Shown here piece after piece: positions 50,851 through 62,987 of a stretch of 64,000 nt of DNA (the first letter of the stretch is position 1; every line of letters starts with the position of its first letter). The DNA lies in assembly GCA_965202585.1 (NCBI GenBank), contig OZ241832.1, positions 30,256,001-30,320,000 on the forward strand, given 5' to 3'. Made by a program: the position numbers and the translations under genes. Origin of the DNA: Thalia democratica. Lineage: Eukaryota. Below the pieces are notes generated by a model, which worked only from the letters and a program-made list of their open reading frames with translations, was not told where the DNA came from and ran no database searches.

Positions 50851-53800
50851 TGAAATACTTTGAAAAAAAATTATGATAGTATAAAAGGGTTTTAATCAAA
50901 TAAATAAGCTGTAAGAAAAAAAGTAGTTTTTAAAATCATAAAAGCTAGCCTGAAACCTCGGACAAATCTATCAATTTAATTTACTTAACTTAAGGTTTGT
51001 GGTTACCCTGATAGAAATATTACCAGAAAAACAAAATACTAAAACTTTAAACACTTGACGAGGGCTAAAATATGCAGTTTTAGAAAACCTCAAAATAAAA
51101 ATTACACTCAAAAAAGTTAACATTAAAAATGTATTTTTTTGTATGCTGAACCATTTTTGCTCAACAAACTGCAATAAAATTTGCAGGTGAAACACTGAAC
51201 TTGTAAAAAATAAAGTTACTGTGGGGCAATGGTGTTAATCAAATTTGTTTAATGTGTGAAAACAAACATAAACTCTACAAATAAATGTTTAGTCTGGTAG
51301 TGTTGTTGCATTATCTTTGTGCAAACACACACGCATAGAGTGCAATGCAATTTTAAGCGTGCAGCCAAATAAAGATGATGTAATTGGTTTTACGTGTTAT
51401 ATTATATGGTTTTACAGCTACATTTTCAAGAAATTCAGCATGAAAATAATTATGACAATAGGTTTAAGCAAAGTACAATTTGAACATATAACAAGGGTTA
51501 AAATTTTTCGTTGAAAGTTATATGAAAAAATATGAGAATTTAAAGTAGAGTTAAAAAAAAAAGTTCTAAAACATCTCTGTTAAAATTTTTTTAAGTATAA
51601 AAGTGTTTTTTCAAACTGATTTAATTACACATAAAATTTAATTATAGTAGTATAACTTTAAATAATAAACTAACAAAAAATAAAAACATTAAAAGTAAAA
51701 ACATTGTTTTTAGTGAAACGTTTGCCTTAATAAATATTTCTTTTTTTTTAACACAATAGAACAGCTTAAAAAGGTAAATCAATGAAAAAGCCTCAAATAA
51801 ATGCAATTTTATTGGTTACTGATCAGGGTGTAATTCAATGAACCAAAATGTGTTTGTATACAGCAATAAAAGTTTAAACTTAAAACTTTTTCATCTTAGT
51901 ACAACATGCAATTTTATAGAGTTTTTTTTTTGCAAAAACTCCATGTTCTTTCACTGTTTGCCGGGGTTGAACTAAGTTGAAAAACTTTAAATATAATTGA
52001 AATAACTTTATTTACTCTGAGGAACTTAAAAAGTAATGTTTTTTATATGATTTTATACGAGGAACTTTTGTAACACGAGGTTTTGTAAAAAATCCAAAAG
52101 AAATAGTGAGAAACCTTTTATTTTTAAGATACTAAAACTTATACCTAGATAAAAGTAACTAGTCACGCTAAACGTGACCATTTTAAATTAATTAATATAA
52201 ATGACTCATGTTGAATCTATTTTTTATGTAATTAGTCATGACAAGCCATAAAAACATGAGTTATTACAAATAATTACTCCAACAATAAAAACTATACAAC
52301 TTGATGTGTGTTTTGAATAATAAAAAATTAAGTTGGTACTGGTCAATTTTTATTGTTAATAAATTCAATTACCCTTATACAAAAAAACAAAAACTTTATG
52401 AGTTAAGACCCATGATAAAAACTTTTAAACATAATATAAAACTGTTTTTGCAAAAAGTTCTAAAAAATTTTGTTGAGTGTTTTGTAAACCTCAGAAAATA
52501 ATACTGTTGTTATGGCTGCCAAAATATAACCTCAAGAAAAAGTACGAACAAAAGATTCACTGTCTTCTTTTTTAAGGTAAATAACAACTGTTTAAATAAA
52601 AATCACTGTAAAAACCTTTTCATATTGTAATGTATTCTATTACTAGTTACCTTACTAAATAAGTCAACTACTACTTTTTTTTGCTTAACTTTAATGTAAA
52701 TATGTAAATATCTTTAAAGTTTAATTTCACAAGTAACAAATTTTATAAAATTGACCAATAACATTATGTTTTAATAAAATTATACTGTTTGTTATAATAA
52801 ACTTTGAAAGGTATAGACAGTAACAAAACATCTGCAATTTTAACACCCAAAATAAAAACTTAAAAAATATTAACGTGTTTGATAGATACAAGTAGTAAAA
52901 ATTAAATTAAATGAAAAAAAAAATATATTTGTAAACATACAATCAAAGTTGTAACGCATTAAAATTATAATTATTTCATATACAATAAATTATTTCAAAC
53001 CACAACACCAAAGCTACACTATATCTAATTTAGAAAAATCTTCAACTTTTAAAATCAATGTTTAATCAACTTTACAAAAAATCTAACATACCTAAACACT
53101 GTGCCTAGTTTACTTATTATTTTTTTTATTAATAAGTTTTTTATTAAGTAGATTACCCACTGAAGCTTAACGTCAAATCAAAAACATATAAGAGACTTCA
53201 AATTTTTTTAAACTGTTTCAGTAGTTGAAATATGTCATAAAAAACAACGGTTATAACAACAATAGTAATAAAAAGAATTAGCGTGTTAGAACATTTAGAG
53301 CAGCAAATTTTGTTTCTAAATGTTTAAAAAATAACTAGTTACACAGATTGCTATAAAAACCGGAATTTATTAATTCAGTGGAAATCTTGTTTGTTATAAA
53401 TAATATATTATATAGGACAAAACAAAGTTGTGAATACGCAGCTTATTTTTATAACAACTGTTACTCATATAAGCAGTCAACCCTTAATTGCAAACAAAAC
53501 TGCAATATTATTGGTTTGTTTTCGGGGCGTTATTATAAACAAAAATTATTCAAATAAAATAATTTTGACTGCAGCAATAAAAACTGGTAATTATATTGAA
53601 AAGGTAAAAAAGAATCAAAATGTTTAAAATATATTTGTTTCGATTTTAAGTAAAAAACTTAAAAAAGGGTAACACAATTAAAGCAAAAATAAAATTTAAA
53701 ATTAATTAAATGAAATAAAAATTTATCACATAAAAACGTTTTAGCTACAAACTTTTAATACCTAGTTCTGTTTTAATATAACTTCTAAAAAAATTAGTCG

Positions 53801-54113
53801 ACTTTTTAAATTCTATATAAAAACATTTAATTTGAACATAATTTTTTAACAAAACAGTTTTCTAAAAGTTGTAAATTTTGAATGATATGAATAATCTTAA
53901 TTATTAAGGAATTATTATATTAAATGTAATTTGATTACAGCATTATAATTAGTTGATAAAAATATTATTTAAGTGTTTTTAAGTTTCTTAAAACGAAAAT
54001 AGGAACATAATTATTTGGAAGAGTCTCATTACAGTCATGTTTTAGGTAAAAAACAAAACTGGACAAGCAAATAACTAAGCAATAAACTGCAAGTTTCATA
54101 AATGGGAACCGCT

Positions 54114-54346
54114 CAGTTCCAACTCCCGATCATTTCCCACCCGCGCACAATTCCAACCTGACCAAATCCTAGAACTGCTCACCGACCAAGGGTAAGGGTA
54201 AGAATGATAGTAAAAAAATAAAATAATAATTAAAAATGAAGTAAAAAAGTTAAAGAAATATAAAATTAAACAAACAAAAAACGAAAATTGAAAAGAGTTT
54301 GGGTGGGAATTGTGCAAGTGGGAAATGATCGCGGCTGGGAATTGGT
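54114..54346. mobile_element. MITE-like element with ~50-bp imperfect GC-rich terminal inverted repeats and AT-rich core
   Basis: cgatcatttcccac (54127-54140) is the exact reverse complement of gtgggaaatgatcg (54318-54331); gcacaattcc pairs with ggaattgtgc. Confidence 0.75.
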
Positions 54347-56039
54347 AGTATACTTTCATTTTTAATGTTTAGTTTAATTTAAAAAAATCTTGTTTCTGTA
54401 CTATAAAAAACTACAATACTTAAAACAATGTGTTACAGTTTTAAACAATGGAAAATTTTGATTATAGAATACAACTGCTAAACTAAATAATTTTTTGTTA
54501 ACTAGAGTGTTTTTAATTGTTTAATTTATAAACTAATGTTTTAAATTTAAATAATATTACAAAATAAACATATTTTATAATAGTTACAAAGCAGCTAAAA
54601 ATAAACAAATGAACTCACAAACGAACAGTATTGTGTTTGGAAGCACAAAGAAAATGCTAAATAAACACAATGTGCGAAAAAGTAAAACAACAAGGAACAA
54701 AATACTTTCAGTTACTACTTCCTTTTAACAACATTACTTCCCTGATTAAAGTGTATAACCTTTTACGAACGAATGTTAATTTAAATTTGGAAATTCCAAA
54801 CTGAAATATAAAACAGCAGGCACGTACTGAATGTATGCAAAACATTAAAACAAACAAATAATAAAAAACAAAGTTGGGATGAACCTTTCAGTGAATACTT
54901 TCAGTAAAACAATTGTTAAATTTATCATTAATTTATTTTACTATTTTTATATCTAAACAGGTTTTTTAAAGCTAGGACAAAATTGTGTTCTTTGACTACG
55001 TGGATCAAAAAACTATTTATTGAGAAATCTGAATTTTACTAAACAAATAAGTACATATGGTTACTGAAATAAAAGTTTAATAAACTATACTTAAGATTTA
55101 TTATAATAAAATATTTATAAACTTTTTAAAATTTCTATTTTTAACATCATACTTAAAACAAAAAAAACAGACATAATTTATACTTAAAAGTTTTAATACA
55201 GAATATTAAAGGAAAATTAAAAAAGAGTAGTTGATTCAATTAAAATGTAACAGTTTAATCTAATAATAAAGTTTAATAAAAATGTGTAGGAAAGTACAAA
55301 ACTAAAAGCAGGAATTCTTTGTGCAGTGCGTGGGCTGCAGCAACAGGTTACATGCACAACAAATCAAACATGATTTACATTTTATCGTGTTTGCAATTCA
55401 GTTCTGCTAAATAACATACTTCAAATATTCCACTCGAACAAACAAAGTATTAAAACCAGTTTTGTTTATTTTCAAAGTGAAAAAAGTTGTAAACCCATAA
55501 AACATGTTTCAAACATTCTATTTAAACAAACAAAGCATCAAAACCGTTTAATTTTAAAGTGAACAAGTGAGAGTTTAGGTGCTGGATAAGATCCAAACAG
55601 AAGATTTGTTTAGTAAATGTAGTATACTGTCTTTAGGCTAGGAAGCTAATAAAACTAGTCTGTGATTATGCAGTTAAATTTTAACAACAAGTCATAAAAT
55701 TAACAGTGTTTCGCCTTATAAAGAACTCATTAGAAAGTTATCAGTGAATGTAATTATGTGCACAATAAACTGTAATAATATAATTTTATTGTAGTAAATA
55801 AATTCAGTTGTAAAAAATAGTGGTTTTAATTTTAATGCTCAAAAGGCTTTTGCACTTAAATCCTTTGTTATTTTAGTATGAGAATATAAACTGTTGTGCA
55901 CGAGACGTAGTTAATAATTAACCGAATGAACTGGTACAGAGAATCGCAACTATATTCTTAAACAACCAATAACGTAGTTATTTGTTTTCAAGTTAATTTT
56001 AAACTTAAACTTAGCATTTAATTTGATTATTAACTGACC

Positions 56040-56345
56040 GTTTTTTAACAAACTAATCAAGTAAAATTTTAATTGTTTTTAAAGTATAAAACTTCACTTT
56101 AAGTTTTTATAAAACCCAAAATAGATACTCCAAAAACTTTCTTTTGATTGTAATTTTAATTTTTAGTATTTTGTAAATAGTTGCTTTAAAATTGACTGTT
56201 TTTCAACAAATTAATCAAATAAAACTTTAAATGTTTCTAAAGTATAAAACTTCACTTTAAGTTTTTATATAACTGAAATTGAAACTCCAAAAACTTTCTT
56301 TTGAAAGTAATTTTGTTTTTTAGTATTTTGTAAATAGTTGTTTTA
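56040..56345. repeat. Two-copy tandem repeat, 158-bp period
   Basis: aaagtataaaacttcactttaagtttttat at 56081 and 56239. Confidence 0.85.
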
Positions 56346-56513
56346 ATTTTCAAGCAAACAAAAAAATACTATAACTACATTTTTACTAAGTATCAAAATA
56401 AAACATAACAGAAAAATGTACCAAAGAAATATTCCTCTATCATTGGTCCCTCAGCATAAGCAAGTACAAAAAATCAGTTACATGTTTTAGTATAAAAAAT
56501 AACAATAACTCAC

Positions 56514-56610
56514 ATTAATCCAAATGCTGAGATGAATGAAGAGAACGCCGATGAAGAAGCTTATGCTGAAGAGTGTGAAGAAGTGGAACAGTATGTGCCT
56601 CTCGTGTTGC
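56514..56610 (-). CDS. Coding exon 2 (97 nt) encoding a hydrophobic, probably transmembrane segment
   Basis: tttacAG acceptor and aat|GTGAGT donor. Joins exon 1 in frame to give ...YGLR-QHERHILFHFFTLFSISFFIGVLFIHLSIWIN. Confidence 0.7.
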
Positions 56611-58229
56611 CTGTAAATATTTGATAATAATTATGAATTAATAAACTATAATTGTTATTGTCAGAAATTAAAACTTTTAAGTTTATAAGATATATGGTTG
56701 GGAATTTACATGAGTGCTGAAAGCTTAAAAAAAGAAAACTTTTTTTTATGAATTTAGAACTCGTTGCAACTATGCAAACTACATCTATATTCAAAACTTG
56801 ATAGTTTATACATATTATTACATGAATTAACAAAAAAAAAAAAATTATTTAAATTAACAAAAAGTTTATAATTGTTTTTGTACAACCAAAAATTTACATT
56901 CGTGCTGTGAGTTCAAAAAACAGTAAACATTTTTTGAACGTGAATATTCAATTAATTAATCAACTATGTCAATATAGAATTTGTTATGAATTTGTAAAAC
57001 ACCTCATAGTTGATTATTAAGCTTATTTTAAAAGTATAACATTAAAAATATGAAAATTAAATTAAGTCAATTGTTTCAGATTAAATATTTCTGCTTTTTA
57101 AATTAACTCACATAAGACAGGAAATAAAACCTTAGTCATTAAAATCTTAAGCAAAATAAAACAAAACAAGTTAATAGGTATTAACGAAACAAACTAAATC
57201 AGAGTTTTCTAAATTTAAAGAATAAAAAAAATATTTTTTTTTTTTTATTTATCAGTTAAACGTTTATTTCGAAATTTATTTTTTCAAATTACAACAAAGT
57301 TGAACTATAACATATACATGTGCCCATTAGCAAATATTTTTACAGCTTTGTACCAATTTTTCAAACGTTGCTCTTCATACAAATTTATGTGTTTTAAATA
57401 AAGCCATCAAAAAATATTAAAAGTTTTTTTTCTTGAAAAAATTGTTTAAAATACAATACCTAAATAAAACGTACCTCTACATAATATACTTCTAAGTTAT
57501 AGAACCAATCAAACTTTTAAGTAATTTATTTAACAATTTTATAAACAAATAATTTCACCACAGACACTGTATTACAAACATTTGCACATGGTAGTCTTCC
57601 AAAAACACAGAACAATTATTTAACATTTATATTTAACTCAGTAGAAGTATAAAGACAATCTTTTTTTTTAAATAAGCATGAGTAACTAGACTGGTTTATA
57701 CCAAACAATCCTGATTTTTTGAATAAAATTGAAAGGGTTTTTATTAATTTATGATTAAATTAGTAGTGGAGAAGTGTAATTCTTAAATAGCAATTGAGCT
57801 GTAGCAATTACACAAAACTAAATGAAACAATTTAAATGAATCAATTAAAAAGTTAGTTAAAAAAATGCTAAAAGCATAAAAAATAAACTGAACTATACAT
57901 AAAAGTTAAACTAGTCTTAGCTGTCAAATAAAAAAAACTTTAAAATAGCCCATGTGAGTGATAAGCTAGAAAACTTAATTTAAAATATTCAAATAACTAC
58001 TACAAATTATATATAAGTATGATATTTTAAAAACAGTAAAAGGTGTTTTTTATTTATGTAGAAATATAAGACTAAAAAAATGAGTTATCTAACCCCCTAT
58101 GCTATCAAATTTAAACTATAAAACTTGTTCATATAAAACTTATACCTCCAACCAAACTATAAAATGACTGACTTATCCAGCCCAGTATGCTATCAATTTG
58201 AACTACAAACTTGTTTATAAAACTCATAC

Positions 58230-58414
58230 CTCAAACCGTAGTCATCGGCAGCTGCTTCTCTTGAGCCGGGCGGTTTTCTCTTTGAAGTTTCAGGGCTGCT
58301 GCATGAGTAACTGTCCTCTTTACTCGATTCACTGCTCTGGCCGCTCTCTTGCGGGACTGTTTGGTCTTCTTCACTGTTAGAAACTTGCTTTTCACTCTTG
58401 TGATTTTCGTCCAT
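58230..58414 (-). CDS. Coding part of exon 1 (exon 58230-58464) of an unknown gene; Ser/Glu-rich N-terminus
   Basis: GC-rich island with ttatttatttcAG acceptor at 58465, in-frame upstream TAG, ATG at 58414, and ag|GTATGAGT donor in phase 2 that matches exon 2. Confidence 0.7.
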
Positions 58415-61400
58415 GTGTGATGTGTCTTTCTACGATTGAAGTGAGCATTTAAGCATTAAATCTTCTGAAATAAATAATTACTTTACTTCATAATTTCCTA
58501 TTTAGTGTGTGGTTTTACAGAACTGAATCTAAACTTTCATGATGAACATTGCTAATTTTTAGTTTTCAACAATTTTATTTTGGGATAAACACTGAAATAA
58601 TTGAAAGTTTATTCAAAAGCCCTTTATTGTTTTTGATCTGCTTATTTAATAAAACTGAGAATATTTTTTATTATCATTTTAATTATGGTAAGTAAAAGTG
58701 TCCATTTATGATCTGAAACTTGCTTGATAAAACTTGAAATGGAACATTAACTGAACAACTATAGTTTTTTTTAAATTACAATAGATTTTCTGGTATGGGC
58801 AAAAAATATCCCTTTTTTAATATAAAGTTTATATAACTTAAATTAGTGCTAAGTTACATGTATAGTGTAACCATGTATGTTTTACAAAGTAATTAAACTT
58901 AAGGTAATTTTGTCCTAGAAAATTGGAATCCCATTATTATTCACAAGTATAATGTTTGTTTTGTATATACTAACTTAAAATATTTAACAACCATTCTTAA
59001 GTTATTCAATCACAAGTATTTAATAATTTTTTTTTGTCTAAGTGAAAAAATTTAACATTAAAAAAAATCTTTTTAGTAGAAAACTTTTATTCTAATAAAA
59101 CCAATGGTAAATAACCTTTTCGAATCTTAATTTAGTATTTTGAAAATAATAATGTATGCATACTTTTATTAAAAATATTATTACATATTTTTTGCATTGT
59201 TAGTAGTTTTTAAAATGTTAAAAATTTCTAAACTATTTTATGTATGGATACTAAACTTGTTATAAAAATTTTAAGGTTAATTTTCAAAACTCCTAAGAAA
59301 GGTTTTGCAAAATAATACGAACTGTAAAAGTTTTGAACAAAATAACTCGAAACAAATTATCTAGGGTTCAAAATTATATTTAAAATTGCAATGTCATATT
59401 CAAGTTTACTGAAGTACCAAGGATTTCATGATAAATGATCTTATAAAGGTGTGAAGGAAAATCTACTTTTCAAAACATAGTTATCTCTTATATTTAAATG
59501 TTCAATTTTAAATGACTTTGCAACTAAAAATTAAACTGCAAATTTTATATAAAAATATGATGAAATAATGCAGTATATGTGGGTCCTCACCACATAAAGC
59601 ATGTCACTAGAGACTTTATCTTTGATTAGTTATGATGAATTAGGAAGCAGGTATTAAGTATAATAAACAATAACACAACAGCAACAAACAACATTTAGAG
59701 TGAGAAGAAAATTTAATAGGAAAAACAATATATTCTACTGAACACATTTTAATAAAAAAAACTACTTTGTTTCAGTTTTACCCTTAAAACTAAATTACTT
59801 TTACATTTAAATAATCAACACAAACTTTGAAGAAAACAGTGTAAGTTATAATGTTAAAAATATCCAATAAATAAAGGGTAAGTAAAATTTTATATAACAA
59901 AGATATATACAAAAGGACTTGTCCTTCAAAGGGTAGAATTACTACTGAAAAATATATTTACTAAAATATTGTGTTACTCTTTATTTTTTGTATCCTTCTT
60001 ATGTCCTTTAGTTTAAGTAGCCCAGGTTTTGATTATGAGTTGTAGCATAGGACAATATACTTTCAATAAGAATGTTTAAAATGCTGTTTTGTTTTACTTC
60101 ACAATTGGCTGACAAACAACTAGTATCAGAAAAAACACTTTTAAAAAATTTGCAATGAAAACAACAAACAATAGTTTATATTTAGTTATAGGGCAGTGGT
60201 TCTCAACAATTTCAAATGCTATGTCAGTATGTTAATTGTTTTTTAAAGTTTTTTTAAGACTGATAGTTTTGATTAGTATGCTAAACATTAAAGCAGTTTC
60301 TTGTCCTCATATTATAATTATATTTCAAATTTTTAACTCATTCAAATTCTCCCTCTAACAAAGAATTGATCATGTGTCATTTCTAATTTTCCTAAACTTT
60401 GTGTGGTCTGATGACGTAGAGGTCCTAATGATGATTATAAAAACCCTTTAAGTTGAAAGTTGAAAGATTAAAACCCAGTGGTCAACACATATACAAAAAA
60501 AAAAGCTTTCAATTTACCTTAAACTAACATTACTTCATGATTAAAACTTTTTAATGCTACAAAAGTCAAAAACTTTAAAATGTCTATATTGTAATGTCCT
60601 GGTCAATAAAAAACTAAAAGTTGCAACATCTTCAGTTTTAAGTATAGTTTATTAAACAAAAAAAAATTTTTTGGTTGAAGGACCTGGGTACAAAAATACA
60701 GCTTGGTTATATCAGTTGTATACCCAAATTTAATCAAGTTATAATGAGTTGAAAAATGAAAAAAAAAACTTAACAGTCAAAATCAAACTCTAAAACAAAA
60801 AAATCTGTGAAAAATGAGACTATTAAACATTTAATAATTTCCTTAATAAACATATCCAAAAATATTAAAAAAAAAAATTATATAAAACAGTACTAACTAA
60901 CATTAAACACACATAAAATACATGTTAAAATCTAGGTTAAAAGGTAAATTTTCAATCTGATATGTTTTTAAATTTAAAATTTATCAATAATTTTAGAAAA
61001 TAGTTAAACCTTTTATATGAATGAAAAAACTTAATGTAAAATAAATTTTAAGTTTTGAAAGTATGTTTAAAAATTTGGATTTTACTTTCAACTTATTTTA
61101 ACTTATTAATAATAAAATAAAGCTATAACATTAAAAAAATAGCAAATAAAATAAAGCTGCAATATTTAAAAAATATAGTAAAATAAAGCTGTATTAAAAA
61201 AAATATGCTTAAACTAAATAAAAAGAATTTAATAAATATACCCTTTTAATCAAACCAATTAGTTTTTTAAATTTGAATAAATGTCTAAATATAAGAGTTT
61301 AACCAAAACAATATAATAATGTAAACAAGCACAAAAAACACTTAAAATAGTAAATCAGTTTTTTTTGTAAAAAATAAAAAAAAAACAATAATAATCATAA

Positions 61401-62578
61401 AAACTGTTAATAATCATAACCGTTTATCGTTTTAGAGGGGAGAGTGAGTTAATTCTGATGTTTTTCTGCCTTAAAAAAAAAAAAAAAAGTGAATTTATTA
61501 CTAATTTCAAATTTTATCAGTAATTTCAGCTTATGATTTAATTATTTAACTTTTTTTGGCATAATATATATAGAGATTAATAAGTGAAGAATTAGAATAA
61601 GTACCTTAATTAAACTAATAAAATTTATAAACAAGTCAAATTAAATACTTTCCAACTTGTAATATATTTTTTTAATATCTTACCAAACTTTATGTGCACG
61701 GTAAGTAGATTCTATGCACACTATTGTACACAAAACCTTAGTCTAAAATACAGACATAAAATATTGCACAGCTTTTATAGATAGTTACACTAATTTTTTC
61801 ATTAATTTTTGTGATTCATAGTTGGAAAATCCAAATGCTAGAATAGTAACTTAAAGTTTTTATCACAATATTTAACAAGGTATTTAGTTAGCTTGAATCA
61901 CTTAGTAAACTCATAAAGAATGTAAAAACTCAAATAAGTTTCGCTTTAGGGAAAATAACAAACAATAACAAGTCAATTGACGAACAGCAAAGTATATTTA
62001 AACTAGTTTTAAGATTCTTTCATACAACAATGCTTTAATCTTTTAATTAATGATATTAATAAGATCCTCAGCTACAATTAATTTTCTAAAAAAGTATATT
62101 TTTTTTAAATGTATAACGGAAACGATTGCAAAGCTTCGGAATAAAGGTAACTTTTACAATATTGTAATTAGTTAGTTTTATAATATTAATTTTCGTTATA
62201 ATTAAGAATCTTAACATCATAGAAACTATATAAACAAAACATTGGATGTATTTTATAAAAGCAGATGTTTCTTAAAAGAAAAAGAACTATATTTAGTCTT
62301 TAACTCTTTTTAAACGGTTTGATCATACTGTTGGACATTTATGTGAAATTATACTTTTTTCATCCCAATCGTCCATGTATCGATGCATGCATCAGAATAA
62401 ATTTTAAAACTTTTTTAATTGAAAATTCTTTTTAAAAGACAAGTTTCAAATAAATAATAACAACAGTTCTCCAATTTATATTTTAAATTCTACTCGATGT
62501 TTTTTGATTGACAAAGGCAAAATAAATACAATTATTTTCTTCGGCTTAGGTGAGTATGTAAGCTGGCTAACAAAACCG

Positions 62579-62712
62579 TGCCGAGACACCTGCAGATTCC
62601 AACATGCATATTCCAACATGCCGAAACACTTGCAACTTCCAAAATGCCGAGACACCTGCAATTGTCAACATGTCAAGCCACCTGCAACTGTCAACATGTC
62701 AAGCCACCTGCA
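62579..62712. repeat. 26-bp degenerate minisatellite (five units)
   Basis: Units start at 62579, 62619, 62645, 62671 and 62697; consensus about TG(C/T)C(G/A)AG(A/C)CACCTGCAA(C/T)T...AACA. Confidence 0.85.
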
Positions 62713-62773
62713 AAAGAGAGAGTAAAAATGTATATAAACGATGAAGCACATCTACAAACAGGTTATTATACCT

Positions 62774-62987
62774 CAACTACCCTACGGAGCGGACTTAGGC
62801 CGCTTCAAAGGGGGGACTCTTCCTTTGTGGAAGTAGTTGCAGCTTTTCATGTGAGATTTCAAGGCCGGAAACGTGAATGGCAGTACGATACAAAATAATT
62901 GGCTTGGGACTGCGCGGCCGCAGAGGTTAACTAGAGAATGATATAAAACAGCTTACGTGAGACTTCGAGGCCGAAGACGTAAGCTGT
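62774..62987 (+). ncRNA. Candidate structured RNA or multi-hairpin element of unknown class
   Basis: Six predicted stems within ~215 nt (see findings). G-U pairs in three stems favour folding of the + strand. Confidence 0.4.

Noticed and set aside
43084-53627. Numerous 60-75 aa ORFs in the track rich in F/I/K/L/N
   Set aside because: Their composition is what AT-rich non-coding DNA gives by chance, most start at TTG/GTG, and they have no motifs.
60194-60207. hAT-type TIR CAGTGGTTCTCAAC
   Set aside because: I found no inverted partner or 8-bp TSD; at most a solo remnant.
62855-62906. SRP helix-8-like CAAGGCCGGAAAC and RNase P CR-V-like ACAAAATAATTGGCTT
   Set aside because: The AGCA partner of SRP helix 8 and the RNase P CR-I/P4 partner are missing, and the spacing is wrong.
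62895-62940. Twister-ribozyme-like words on - (UAACCUCUGC...GUCCCAAGCC)
   Set aside because: P4 cannot form, and the required P2', T2 and P1' strands are absent. The segment is better explained by the CTGCG/CGCAG hairpin.
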